Positions 7,849-16,792 of a DNA stretch of 64,000 bases are shown here, one piece after another. Under the pieces are notes generated by a model. It was given only the letters and a program-made list of their open reading frames with translations, was not told where the DNA came from and made no database searches. The position numbers and the translations under genes were made by a program. Origin of the DNA: an uncultured virus (IMG/VR IMGVR_UViG_3300009684_000026) (taxonomy: Duplodnaviria; Heunggongvirae; Uroviricota; Caudoviricetes); the IMG/VR virus record IMGVR_UViG_3300009684_000026. One strand, written 5' to 3'. Every line of letters begins with the position of its first letter. The first letter of the stretch is position 1.

Positions 7849-9864
7849 ATGAGTTTGTTCTCTTTTGAACTAGCTAACGAATTTGTAGAATCTTATAGGG
7901 GCAAAAAAGCTCCATTTGGGTATAGTGATGCCGCAGGTAACTCTGTAGGAGAAATTACTTTTCTTCGCACCTATTCACGCTTTAAAGCAGATGGGTCTAA
8001 AGAAACATGGGTAGATGTATGCCAACGAGTAATCAACGGCATGTATTCCTTACAGAAAGATCATGCCAAAATCAATCGCCTTCCCTGGTCTGATGCTAAA
8101 GCAGCAGCTTCGGCTAAAGAAGCTTTTGATCGTCTTTTTAATTTGAAGTGGACTCCCCCTGGAAGAGGTCTATGGGTTATGGGTACGCCTCTCGTTAATG
8201 AACAGAGGAACTCTGCAGCTTTACAGAACTGTGCTTTTGTATCCACAGGCTCAATGACAAAGAATGACCCTGCTAAACCATTCGCTTTCCTTATGGAAGC
8301 TTCAATGCTCGGAGTGGGCGTTGGCTTTGATGACAAGGGAGCAGACAAGGACTTTACAATCTATGAACCAAAAGAGAGTTACGACTACCTCATCCCCGAT
8401 ACCAGAGAAGGATGGGTTGAATCCACAGCTTCCCTCATCAATGCTTACCTCAAGCCAGATACGAAGGCTCCACTATTTAACTACGAAGCGATACGTCCAG
8501 CAGGTGCTCCAATCAAAACGTTTGGTGGAACCGCCGCAGGACATGAAGGCTTAAAGAAGTTACACACTGATATTGTCGCCATGTTTACCGGTAGAGCTGG
8601 AAAGAAACTTACCCGTAGAGATTTGGCTGATATCGGTAACATGATTGGCATTTGCGTTGTCTCTGGAAATGTGCGTCGTAGTGCTGAGCTTCTTATGGGC
8701 CGCATTGATGACGAAGATTTCTTAAACCTAAAGAACTATGAAAAGTACCCTGAACGTATGGCTTATGGTTGGATGTCTAATAACTCTGTTGAGGTTGAGG
8801 TAGGTCAAAACTTAGCTCCTATCATTGACGGAATCTCTCGCAACGGGGAGCCAGGAGTTATATGGATGGATGTTTCTCGTAAGTATGGTCGTCTTGCTGA
8901 CCCTGAGAACAACAAAGACTGGCGTATTGCTGGTTACAACCCATGTGCTGAACAGTCTTTAGAGTCTTACGAATGTTGCACTCTTGTAGAAACATATTTA
9001 AATCGCCATGATAATTTAGAGGACTTCAAAAGAACTTTAAAGTTTGCTTATCTTTATGCTAAGACTGTTACTTTAATTCCTACGCATTGGCAAGAGACTA
9101 ACGCAATTATGCAACGCAATCGTCGTATTGGAACTTCTATCTCTGGTGTGGCTAACTTTGCAGACAACAATGGTTGGTCTGAACTTCGTACATGGATGGA
9201 TGAAGGCTACAAAGTCATTAAGAATTATGATGTTAATTATTCTGAATGGTTAGGTATCAGAGAGTCAATCAAGACTACTACTGTTAAGCCTTCTGGAACT
9301 GTGTCTATTCTTGCAGGTGAATCTCCTGGGGTTCATTGGGCATCAGGCGGTAAGTATTTCATGCGTGCAATACGCTTTAGAAATAACGACCCTATGCTTC
9401 CGTTGTTTAAAATGGCGCAATATAAAATTGAAGCTGATGTAACAGATAAAGATAATACAAGTGTTGTTTTCTTTCCTGTAAAGACTGATGCTAAAAGAGC
9501 AGAGAAAGAAGTAAGTATCTATGAAAAGGTAGCTCTTGCTTCTGTTGCTCAAAGGTATTGGAGTGACAACTCTGTATCTGTAACTGTTACTTTTGACGCA
9601 GATAAAGAGGCAGAGAGCATTGAATCGGTTTTGCACATGTATGACGGACAACTAAAGACAATTAGTTTCTTACCTATGGGCAACACAGTTTATGAGCAAA
9701 TGCCATATACACAGATAACTGAAGAAGAGTATGAAGAAGCATCCATGAACATATACCCGATTGATCTTTCAGGTGTCTATGCTGGTATGGCTTTTGATGC
9801 TATTGGTGAGGCTTATTGCACTACGGATGCGTGTGAGATAAAGCTTGTAAAAGATAACCAATAA
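7849..9864 (+). CDS. nrdJ: Class II (adenosylcobalamin-dependent) ribonucleotide reductase
   Basis: FLRTYSR, PPGRGLW, LQNCAF, NVRRSA, YNPCAEQ, VKPSGT, C-terminal CTTDAC; probable start ATG 7849. Confidence 0.93.
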   Translation: MSLFSFELANEFVESYRGKKAPFGYSDAAGNSVGEITFLRTYSRFKADGSKETWVDVCQRVINGMYSLQKDHAKINRLPWSDAKAAASAKEAFDRLFNLKWTPPGRGLWVMGTPLVNEQRNSAALQNCAFVSTGSMTKNDPAKPFAFLMEASMLGVGVGFDDKGADKDFTIYEPKESYDYLIPDTREGWVESTASLINAYLKPDTKAPLFNYEAIRPAGAPIKTFGGTAAGHEGLKKLHTDIVAMFTGRAGKKLTRRDLADIGNMIGICVVSGNVRRSAELLMGRIDDEDFLNLKNYEKYPERMAYGWMSNNSVEVEVGQNLAPIIDGISRNGEPGVIWMDVSRKYGRLADPENNKDWRIAGYNPCAEQSLESYECCTLVETYLNRHDNLEDFKRTLKFAYLYAKTVTLIPTHWQETNAIMQRNRRIGTSISGVANFADNNGWSELRTWMDEGYKVIKNYDVNYSEWLGIRESIKTTTVKPSGTVSILAGESPGVHWASGGKYFMRAIRFRNNDPMLPLFKMAQYKIEADVTDKDNTSVVFFPVKTDAKRAEKEVSIYEKVALASVAQRYWSDNSVSVTVTFDADKEAESIESVLHMYDGQLKTISFLPMGNTVYEQMPYTQITEEEYEEASMNIYPIDLSGVYAGMAFDAIGEAYCTTDACEIKLVKDNQ

Positions 9865-9876
9865 AAAGTAAAGAAA

Positions 9877-9909
9877 AAAGCCCCTCTACCATATTGGTAG
9901 GGGGGCTTT
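9877..9909. terminator. Bidirectional intrinsic terminator between convergent transcription units
   Basis: AAAGCCCCTCTACC-ATATT-GGTAGGGGGGCTTT hairpin with A/T tracts on both sides. Confidence 0.8.
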
Positions 9910-10010
9910 GCTTCTGCTACGGCTTCTGCTATGGCTTTGCTTTTGCTACGGCTTTGCTTTTGCTATGGCTTTTGCTATGGCTTTTGCTTTGGCTTTGCTT
10001 TGCTTTTAGC
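9905..10010. repeat. Degenerate ~12-bp tandem repeat (GGCTTTTGCTAT-like)
   Basis: Repeated GGCTT(T/C)TGCT units; encode the SKSH/AK tail and run past the stop codon. Confidence 0.8.
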
Positions 10011-10531
10011 TCTTTATACGGGTACTTAGCTAACCAGTCTTGAACAACTTTTTGCTTTGTACCTTTCCATGCTCTCCAGTCTTTACCACCGGAACTCATG
10101 TAAAAAGCTGCTTTAGCATTTGTTACTGGGTTAAGAAGCTCTTTGTTATTTGCCAAACCTAGCTTTGCTCTTCTGTCCGGTCCTAAAGAACCTATCATGT
10201 TAATTTGAAATAGCCCATAAGAATTGTCTCCTGTGTGCACATTTCCATTATAACTGCGAGCATTGCCATGTGACTCTTTCATTGCTACAGCCCATGCGTA
10301 TTTTAGATTTTTTCCCTTGAAGCCTACGGCTTTTAGGAGTCCGACCAATTCTTTGGGTTGTAACATTTTTTTGTTTTGGTACTTAAAAAGTACGCTATGT
10401 ATTATTACTGGTATTGCTTCTGCTTTTTGTGGTGCAACTGCTGGAGCTGAAAACCCCAGTAGTAATACAACCAAAAAAGGCATGGTAGTTAGCGTTCCAA
10501 AAACGACTCTACCTCTGTTTGTTAGTTTCAT
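9929..10531 (-). CDS. Membrane-anchored lysozyme-like/lytic transglycosylase protein
   Basis: N-terminal hydrophobic segment; AVAMKESHG, DNSYGLFQIN, NPVTNAKAA, W..W motifs. Confidence 0.85.
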   Translation of the reverse strand: MKLTNRGRVVFGTLTTMPFLVVLLLGFSAPAVAPQKAEAIPVIIHSVLFKYQNKKMLQPKELVGLLKAVGFKGKNLKYAWAVAMKESHGNARSYNGNVHTGDNSYGLFQINMIGSLGPDRRAKLGLANNKELLNPVTNAKAAFYMSSGGKDWRAWKGTKQKVVQDWLAKYPYKELKAKQSQSKSHSKSHSKSKAVAKAKP

Positions 10532-10533
10532 AA

Positions 10534-11859
10534 TCACTCCAAATAATCATTGACAACCTCAGCTGCCTTTGATTGCTGGTGACGGATTCGGTGAAGATAC
10601 CTTTCCGTCGTTACGATTGACTGATGTCCTAGCCTCTCTTTGACTTCATGCACATCTACCCCGTTCTTTAGCAACTGAGTAGCGTTAGCGTGCCGTAAGT
10701 CGTGAGTGGTGGGATACCAACCAATACCTGACTTGTTAATGGCTTCGTTCCAAATGGCTCTCCATTTGTCACGCGGTAGGTGGCTTTCGCTAAGGCTTTT
10801 GCTTTGGCTTTTGCTTTCGCTAAGGCTTTCGCTAAGGCTTTTGCTTTTGCTTCCTACCTTGCCTTTTTCCTTGTCCTTTCTATAGTGATTGCGGTACTTC
10901 CTGACCGCTTGTTTACAGGCTTCACACCTACAACCGCCGACATTATATGAGTACGCGGTTGCGTGTTGGAAAGTTCTGTTTCCAACTGTGTAAGGCTCAC
11001 CTACGCTTTGCGTAAGGCTTCCTATTTTACTAGCCTTCTCAACCAACTGCTTTGAGAATACTAACTCTTCTTTTGATAGGGATTTAGCTATTACAAATGC
11101 TTTGATCTCTGCTATGAGTTTGCTAGAGAGAACAACTGTGCGTTTGTTTCCGTTTTTTGTTGCCGGTACAACTAGGAATCTTTTTCCTTCGGAATGATAT
11201 TTAGAACCTATATCCGATACTGTTCTACGAATATAAACTTCTTTAGATTGAAAATTAAAATCTTTTACTCGGAGTTCTGTTGCCTCTCCATATCTACAGC
11301 CAGACGCAATAAGAAATCTGGCTAAAAGATTGCTTCCTTCTGTTGGTAAGTTCTTTATGATCTTATTAAAGTCTTGTGGGTCAAGCGTGTAGGTAGGGTC
11401 AGGCTTTGGTACGGCTATGCGTATGCGGTGGGTGGGATTGGTGGCTATGGCTTCATCATCTACGGCAAGACTAAAGAGAGAACCTAAAGAAGTCTTTAGG
11501 TGAGAGATGCTACTTACACTTAGACCTGAATTAGCTAGATCATCAAGTAAGGCTTTAACATCACGCTTGGTGATAGATGAGATGCGTTTGCTTCCGAATA
11601 CAGGTACGGCATACTTCTTTAGCAGGGTTAAATAAGTCTTACGAGTAATGACTCTTATCTCTTTGTTGTTCGCAAGTTGTTCAAGATATGTGTTGAATGT
11701 GTTGTGGTTAGTTGGGAGTGAATTAAGCTCTCCAGCTTCGGCAAGTAGTCCAGCGTTGATTGCTTTAGCTTTAGACGAATATGTGCCTACGGATTTGACT
11801 TTGCCTTCTAAGCGATAGTAGGCGGTGAACCTGCCGTTGCGTTCTACTGTGTAAGCCAT
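10534..11859 (-). CDS. Tyrosine recombinase/integrase with an inserted Cys-rich module
   Basis: GCRYGE (R), TKNG (K), HDLRH, LGHQS, TERYLH catalytic set; N-terminal binding domain. Confidence 0.9.
   Translation of the reverse strand: MAYTVERNGRFTAYYRLEGKVKSVGTYSSKAKAINAGLLAEAGELNSLPTNHNTFNTYLEQLANNKEIRVITRKTYLTLLKKYAVPVFGSKRISSITKRDVKALLDDLANSGLSVSSISHLKTSLGSLFSLAVDDEAIATNPTHRIRIAVPKPDPTYTLDPQDFNKIIKNLPTEGSNLLARFLIASGCRYGEATELRVKDFNFQSKEVYIRRTVSDIGSKYHSEGKRFLVVPATKNGNKRTVVLSSKLIAEIKAFVIAKSLSKEELVFSKQLVEKASKIGSLTQSVGEPYTVGNRTFQHATAYSYNVGGCRCEACKQAVRKYRNHYRKDKEKGKVGSKSKSLSESLSESKSQSKSLSESHLPRDKWRAIWNEAINKSGIGWYPTTHDLRHANATQLLKNGVDVHEVKERLGHQSIVTTERYLHRIRHQQSKAAEVVNDYLE
10781..10853. repeat. 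Degenerate ~12-bp tandem repeat inside the recombinase gene
   Basis: GGCTTTCGCTAA / GGCTTTTGCTTT units encoding SKSKSLSESLSESKSQSKSLSES. Confidence 0.8.
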
Positions 11860-11892
11860 GTGAATACCCTACCAGCGAGTAACATATACTGC

Positions 11893-11935
11893 AAAAAAAT
11901 TGGAACAGATCACTCTTGGCAATCTGTTCCAATTT
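11893..11935 (-). terminator. Intrinsic terminator ending the leftward early operon
   Basis: 14-bp inverted repeat AAATTGGAACAGAT/ATCTGTTCCAATTT ending in a T7 run on the minus strand. Confidence 0.7.
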
Positions 11936-11949
11936 ACTTAAGATTATAT

Positions 11950-12141
11950 TTAGTTATCTTCTTTTGCAACTGGTTTGCGTGGTGCTTGGCTTGTTAGATG
12001 CCAGTACCCACAAAACTTGCATAAATAAGTTGCACAAGGTTTTTTACGATTGTTATTTAGCCATTGGTTTTTCCATATCCTTGTGATAACTCTTTCGGCG
12101 CGGTATTGAGTTGCATATTTGTTTTTCTGCTCACAGTTCAC
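11950..12141 (-). CDS. Small Zn-finger-like protein
   Basis: YLCKFCGYWHLTS motif. Confidence 0.7.
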   Translation of the reverse strand: MNCEQKNKYATQYRAERVITRIWKNQWLNNNRKKPCATYLCKFCGYWHLTSQAPRKPVAKEDN

Positions 12142-12301
12142 GCTTGACTCGTTCCACGCAGTTATAGCAGAACCATATAACTAGTTCATTACGATTAGTG
12201 GTGATTGACCTTCCGTTGGCTCTGATGCCTTCCTGACCGCAATCATCACATACCCATAACTCATCTTGGCTTGTGAGTTCTCGTATAAACATTTTACCCA
12301 T
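12131..12301 (-). CDS. Small Zn-ribbon protein (56 aa, not in the ORF track)
   Basis: MGKMFIRELTSQDELWVCDDC...WFCYNC; GAAGGA SD. Confidence 0.6.
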   Translation of the reverse strand: MGKMFIRELTSQDELWVCDDCGQEGIRANGRSITTNRNELVIWFCYNCVERVKREL

Positions 12302-12305
12302 TTAC

Positions 12306-12545
12306 TTATCCTTCCCATAGTTGTAGTTCGTCGTTTTGTTGGTAGCTCTCTGCTTCAACACATCTTTCTGCCCATGCTTTTGTTTTATACCTTCTTTTAT
12401 CTTTTGTTACCCATTGGTTTCCTTCCGATATTAGCCAATGCCAGCCTTTATCATCTTTTACTATCAAGAACCTAACATCTTCTGTTAGATATTGACCAGC
12501 AGAAACTTTAAGCAACTTCAACTTGTTCTTTGGTTTCACTTTCAT
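12306..12545 (-). CDS. Hypothetical protein
   Basis: 79-aa ORF, GGAAGGAG SD. Confidence 0.7.
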   Translation of the reverse strand: MKVKPKNKLKLLKVSAGQYLTEDVRFLIVKDDKGWHWLISEGNQWVTKDKRRYKTKAWAERCVEAESYQQNDELQLWEG

Positions 12546-13140
12546 CAGCTTCTCCTTCCCATAGTTTTATATCTTCTTCATCTTCATAGGCAACACAATC
12601 TGCACAGAGATTAGGAGTTTTATCGCCTTCACAAACTATCTCATTTCCACAGTCGTGGCAACAATGGTGATCTCCGATTAAGTATTCTTGGCGTTCACAA
12701 CCTGCACTACTGATCGCACCACCTTCACACGAAACTTCTTTTCCTTTTTTATATTCATGTTCTCCCCAATAGTCTGAACCTGTTTCTGAATATGTGTAAG
12801 TAAAAGTAAGGCTTTTGTATTTTGCAGAGAGTGTGGCAACAACATCAACTACAGGACTCCATGCAGTTAAGAATGTGTAGTTAAGTTCGCCAGTTTCCCA
12901 CCAATTTTCATTACGCCATACTTCTTTTATATCCCATTTACTTCCCCAATTAGTGATATTCCAGTCGTACCAGTTCTGATCTTCACTAGCTGGTCTTGGA
13001 ATTACTTTGTGACATGAGAACACACTCGCTCCATGCTCATCCGTTGCTTCACTATTCGTGATCTCAACTTCTTTCCTCAACTTGCTCAACTCTTTACGAG
13101 TTCCTTGTATGGTCAAGGAATTATCACACCAATTTGGCAT
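12508..13140 (-). CDS. DUF1281/YubB ferredoxin-like family protein
   Basis: MPNWCDN...WYDWNITNWGSKW...FLTAWSP pattern. Confidence 0.75.
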   Translation of the reverse strand: MPNWCDNSLTIQGTRKELSKLRKEVEITNSEATDEHGASVFSCHKVIPRPASEDQNWYDWNITNWGSKWDIKEVWRNENWWETGELNYTFLTAWSPVVDVVATLSAKYKSLTFTYTYSETGSDYWGEHEYKKGKEVSCEGGAISSAGCERQEYLIGDHHCCHDCGNEIVCEGDKTPNLCADCVAYEDEEDIKLWEGEADESETKEQVEVA

Positions 13141-13144
13141 TTGC

Positions 13145-13738
13145 TTACTCTCCGATCTCTCTATGTTTCAATAGCTTGTAGGCAATAGACTTGCCTGTGG
13201 TGGTGGAGTATCCGTACCTGACCAATCTGAACCTAATCGCTCCATGTGTAACGCCTAGTAGCTTGGAAAGCCTATAGATAGACACGCCACTTTGCAAAGT
13301 TTCATAAAGAAGTTTTGTGTATTGCTCCGCATCTTCTCTGTGTTTTTTACTTTTGGCTCTAACTAAACTGGCAGTTTTTTTTAGCGTTAAAAGTTGAGCA
13401 ATTACATCAGCAGAAGGCTCTATGTATTTCACTCGGTCTGCATAGACATTTATCACAGGTACTTGTGGCACAGGTAGTTCTTTTATTGCTTCTAGCGTTG
13501 CATCACTTACTGTGCTGAGTGTGTAGAGGCGTATTGACTCTCTTGATAATTCCAATGGTGTGGCTATGGATTGCAAAGTCCAACCAGCATTTCGCAAAAG
13601 AATTGCGTATGCCTTGCGTTCTTTTAGCTCCAGCCGTTGTAAGTGATCGCAAACTTCTTTTGGCAAACTCATTTGTGACTTTTGAGTTTTAGTTTTGACT
13701 AGGACTCGTTCTTTAACTCGTAGGTTTTGGATGCTCAT
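13145..13738 (-). CDS. Double helix-turn-helix DNA-binding protein
   Basis: GWTLQSIATPLELSRESIRLY and GVSIYRLSKLLGVTHGAIRFRL. Confidence 0.65.
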   Translation of the reverse strand: MSIQNLRVKERVLVKTKTQKSQMSLPKEVCDHLQRLELKERKAYAILLRNAGWTLQSIATPLELSRESIRLYTLSTVSDATLEAIKELPVPQVPVINVYADRVKYIEPSADVIAQLLTLKKTASLVRAKSKKHREDAEQYTKLLYETLQSGVSIYRLSKLLGVTHGAIRFRLVRYGYSTTTGKSIAYKLLKHREIGE

Positions 13739-14208
13739 ATTATGACTCCTGCTTTTATCAGTTCTTTTAACTGGGTCTGTAATTTGATTGCTTCTTTAGC
13801 AAACTCTTGCCTTGCATAATCGTGATAGTGGTCAGGTATTTGTGGCAATAGCTTTTCAACTGCTGGTGAAGCACCATAAAGTTCCATGTCACGAAACTTT
13901 AGACCGCCGTCTTTTCTAAATCCGCGAACAGTAATTCGGTCTAAATACACGCCTGAGTGAACGCTATTTGTAACTCGTTTAACCATTCCGTCACCATAGC
14001 CTGAATACATAAGTCGTTCCAAACGAAACTTCTCCATTATTCCTGTATTAGTTCCTACGAATACGCCATTTACCCAATCTCCGTCTATCTTTTCTTTTTC
14101 AAGAATGATCTGTTCTTTTTCGGATAAAGTGACATAACAAAAGAAACTTAAATTACTGCTGGTGTCAAGTTTTGTTTCGGTATTTGGTGCTAGTTGTGTT
14201 GAGTTCAT
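13735..14208 (-). CDS. Hypothetical protein
   Basis: Probable start ATG 14208 (ATGA overlap with the upstream gene). Confidence 0.65.
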   Translation of the reverse strand: MNSTQLAPNTETKLDTSSNLSFFCYVTLSEKEQIILEKEKIDGDWVNGVFVGTNTGIMEKFRLERLMYSGYGDGMVKRVTNSVHSGVYLDRITVRGFRKDGGLKFRDMELYGASPAVEKLLPQIPDHYHDYARQEFAKEAIKLQTQLKELIKAGVII

Positions 14209-14390
14209 TTTGTATCCCACAGTTCTCTCTCTTGGTTGTTGTTGGCTAATTTCTTTAGCATTTCTTTTTTTAGTGCTTCGTATTGCTCTTTGCCTTTTTT
14301 TCCTGTTTGTTTGGAATATACGGAAAGGAAACATACTAAATCGTCATGGTCTAACGACTCAATAAACTCAATCGTTTTTTGAGGTAGCAT
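14205..14390 (-). CDS. Hypothetical protein (61 aa)
   Basis: GAAGGAG SD before ATG 14390; MLPQKTIEF...ERELWDTK. Confidence 0.6.
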   Translation of the reverse strand: MLPQKTIEFIESLDHDDLVCFLSVYSKQTGKKGKEQYEALKKEMLKKLANNNQERELWDTK

Positions 14391-14721
14391 TTTCTTCTCC
14401 TTCTTTATCCCACAGGTCTTTATCTTCTTTTGCTTTTTCTTTTTTACTAAAGATTTCAGCAATAATTTCACGACAAGTTTCATTGTAATTTTCATTAAAT
14501 CTTTCCCATAAATACTCATCATTATCTATTGAAGTGACTACTTGTTCCATGACTTCATCTGTTACGAATCCGTCTGTTTCAATGAGTTCATCATTCTCAT
14601 CTGTGTATTCAACATTAGAAAAGGCTTGTCTAATATCATCTTTAGTTATGAAGGTGCACCAAACTTTTTCATTTGGGTCTAGCGCACCAAACAGTTCTGC
14701 CATTTGTTTTGCCGTTCTCAT
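14368..14721 (-). CDS. Acidic hypothetical protein, paralog of 15292-15660
   Basis: MRTAKQ...TDENDE...YLWERFNE. Confidence 0.75.
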   Translation of the reverse strand: MRTAKQMAELFGALDPNEKVWCTFITKDDIRQAFSNVEYTDENDELIETDGFVTDEVMEQVVTSIDNDEYLWERFNENYNETCREIIAEIFSKKEKAKEDKDLWDKEGEENATSKND

Positions 14722-14939
14722 TTATTTATTCCTTTCTTTTTATTTTTTAGTTCTTCTGTGCAAGCATGGTGTTGAGTACCTTCTTCATTGTTTAATTCCC
14801 ATACCTTTACCGAGTCAGCATAAGAAATAAAGTCTTGTATTAGTTCGTATTGTTTCCAGTTAACTTTGCAAGAACATGAATAAGCGTGTAAGTGTTTGCT
14901 CATATTTTTATTTTTTACATACAAACTAAACTTATACAT
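14718..14939 (-). CDS. Hypothetical protein
   Basis: 73-aa ORF overlapping both neighbours. Confidence 0.55.
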   Translation of the reverse strand: MYKFSLYVKNKNMSKHLHAYSCSCKVNWKQYELIQDFISYADSVKVWELNNEEGTQHHACTEELKNKKKGINK

Positions 14940-15117
14940 TTTTTACTTTTATTCTTTTAGGAGCGCGACCTGTCAGTCCGATTGCTTTTAATTCTTTTGC
15001 GTATTCTTCTTGATATTCAGCAGGGTATTTGTTGGCTAAAGTTGTTAACGCTTTAGCTCTTGCACCCATACGCATAGTAAGAGTTCTACGATAAACACTT
15101 CTATCTGCTCTACTCAC
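14932..15117 (-). CDS. Small basic hypothetical protein
   Basis: GTG 15117 overlaps the upstream TAG; GGAG SD. Confidence 0.6.
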   Translation of the reverse strand: MSRADRSVYRRTLTMRMGARAKALTTLANKYPAEYQEEYAKELKAIGLTGRAPKRIKVKNV

Positions 15118-15290
15118 TACTCTTCTCCTTCCACTTGATAGAACGACTCTGTTACACCGCCCCATTCCATTCGGTCAGTATCATCTTTGTATTTCTTTTG
15201 AGCTTTTTCTATTGCATCATCTTCATTCTTTGCATTTATTTCCATAGTCCAATACGCCATTTGCGTATAACTAACTGTGTATGTTGCCAT
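15117..15290 (-). CDS. Hypothetical protein (57 aa, not in the ORF track)
   Basis: MATYTVSY...EINAKNEDDAIEKA; GGAAGG SD. Confidence 0.6.
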   Translation of the reverse strand: MATYTVSYTQMAYWTMEINAKNEDDAIEKAQKKYKDDTDRMEWGGVTESFYQVEGEE

Positions 15291-15291
15291 T

Positions 15292-15660
15292 TTATTTACC
15301 TTCCATTTCTGTTAGTTGTAATTCGTCTATATCCCACAGTTCTTGATCTAGCATTTGTGGCTCTTTGTTTTGGTTGTGATATTCCAACGCTCTTAGATAC
15401 AAGGTTCGCGTTGTATCCGACAGTTCTTCGTTGTATCTATCCCATATATAGTCAGCGTTGCCGACTATATCCATAACTTCATCTAAGAATGAATCGGTGA
15501 TAAGTTCTTTATCAGCTTGAATGATCTCGTCATTCTCATCTGTTAAGTCCGAGTTGTTTATTATCTCTGCTAAATCATCTTTATCTACCCATGTCATCCA
15601 CACTTGTGCATCAGGGTTCATATTTCCAAACATTTCTGCTAGTTGTTTTGCAGTTCTCAT
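15292..15660 (-). CDS. Acidic hypothetical protein, paralog of 14368-14721
   Basis: MRTAKQ...TDENDE...YIWDRYNE. Confidence 0.75.
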   Translation of the reverse strand: MRTAKQLAEMFGNMNPDAQVWMTWVDKDDLAEIINNSDLTDENDEIIQADKELITDSFLDEVMDIVGNADYIWDRYNEELSDTTRTLYLRALEYHNQNKEPQMLDQELWDIDELQLTEMEGK

Positions 15661-16049
15661 TGTGACTCCGTTGCTTCCTGCATCTCTTTATCGCGTGCTT
15701 CACGATACTCTTGGTATTCTTTTTTGCTTTGCTTTTTAATCGCTCTAAACTCTTTAGCAGTTATCTTTACGAGTTCTACTAACTCCATAACAGTTTGATA
15801 ATCAGTATTGTTCTTTTGATACTTCTGCCAGTTCTTAAATCTTCTTTCGGCTAAATCTTTTCTACCATGACAAGTTCCCCAAGTTTCACTTTGATTTTCT
15901 CGCCATTGTGGATGATAGTCACAGACAACTGCGTGCGTGTATTTGTCTATCCAGCTACCACGCACAAACTTCATGCCACTTGTTGTTGTGGCTAGGTAAT
16001 ACACTCTTGGTTTTTTTTCGCGTGTTATATCAAAGAGTTCTTGCCCCAT
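15657..16049 (-). CDS. Hypothetical protein
   Basis: 130-aa ORF coupled to its neighbours. Confidence 0.7.
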   Translation of the reverse strand: MGQELFDITREKKPRVYYLATTTSGMKFVRGSWIDKYTHAVVCDYHPQWRENQSETWGTCHGRKDLAERRFKNWQKYQKNNTDYQTVMELVELVKITAKEFRAIKKQSKKEYQEYREARDKEMQEATESQ

Positions 16050-16195
16050 TAGTTTTTTTTCCCTTCGTTTTTTAATTTAGCTTGTAATTTGCTGATCTCA
16101 TGCGCTGACTCTCTTAATCCGCGCTCATTAAGATAGGCTTTAACATTTCCTAACGCTTCAAGAATGACGGCGATTTCAGTATTGGTGAGTTCCAT
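16049..16195 (-). CDS. Hypothetical protein (48 aa)
   Basis: MELTNTEIAVILEAL...; TAATG coupling at both ends. Confidence 0.6.
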   Translation of the reverse strand: MELTNTEIAVILEALGNVKAYLNERGLRESAHEISKLQAKLKNEGKKN

Positions 16196-16776
16196 TAGTT
16201 ATTATCCTTTCCAGCAAACGCCATTTCAACAAGTCTTTCGTACTCAGCAAGTGAGAGAGATACAACTGCTTTTGACTCAACTCCGTAACCTTGCATCTCC
16301 ACTTCCACATGAGTCTGATCTCCAAGTAGTTCTTTTGAAGATGATATAACTGAGTTCCGAGAACGATTGACTTCTTCATCAACTTTTCGCCTATGATCGC
16401 GCTCTTGATTTGCCTTCTCTTCACGCTTGCGTTGCTCGGCATCTTCAACTAACTTCTTGGCTTCCCATTTCGGAGCAAGCTCTGACCACTCAGCTATAAC
16501 ATCAGCTAGGCGTGAAGTCCAAAAGACCTCTGAACCTGAGTTGTCAATAGCTTTGACCAGTATTCCAACTGAGCGATTGCCAGCTTGCGCTTTATTAAAA
16601 TCGGGAGTTGATTTGCGATTGCTTGGCTCGTAATCGTACTTGTCTACTGAAATGACTGTTGCTTTGACTACATCATTCTCGCGTACTGTGTCCACGCTTC
16701 GTGCGCTTTTATTGGTGTATGTCCATGACGGGATGATTGCGTATTCCCCATTGACTTTGATCTCTGATAGTTTCAT
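16195..16776 (-). CDS. Hypothetical protein
   Basis: 193-aa ORF, GGAG SD. Confidence 0.75.
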   Translation of the reverse strand: MKLSEIKVNGEYAIIPSWTYTNKSARSVDTVRENDVVKATVISVDKYDYEPSNRKSTPDFNKAQAGNRSVGILVKAIDNSGSEVFWTSRLADVIAEWSELAPKWEAKKLVEDAEQRKREEKANQERDHRRKVDEEVNRSRNSVISSSKELLGDQTHVEVEMQGYGVESKAVVSLSLAEYERLVEMAFAGKDNN

Positions 16777-16792
16777 TTGTATTGCTCCGTTT

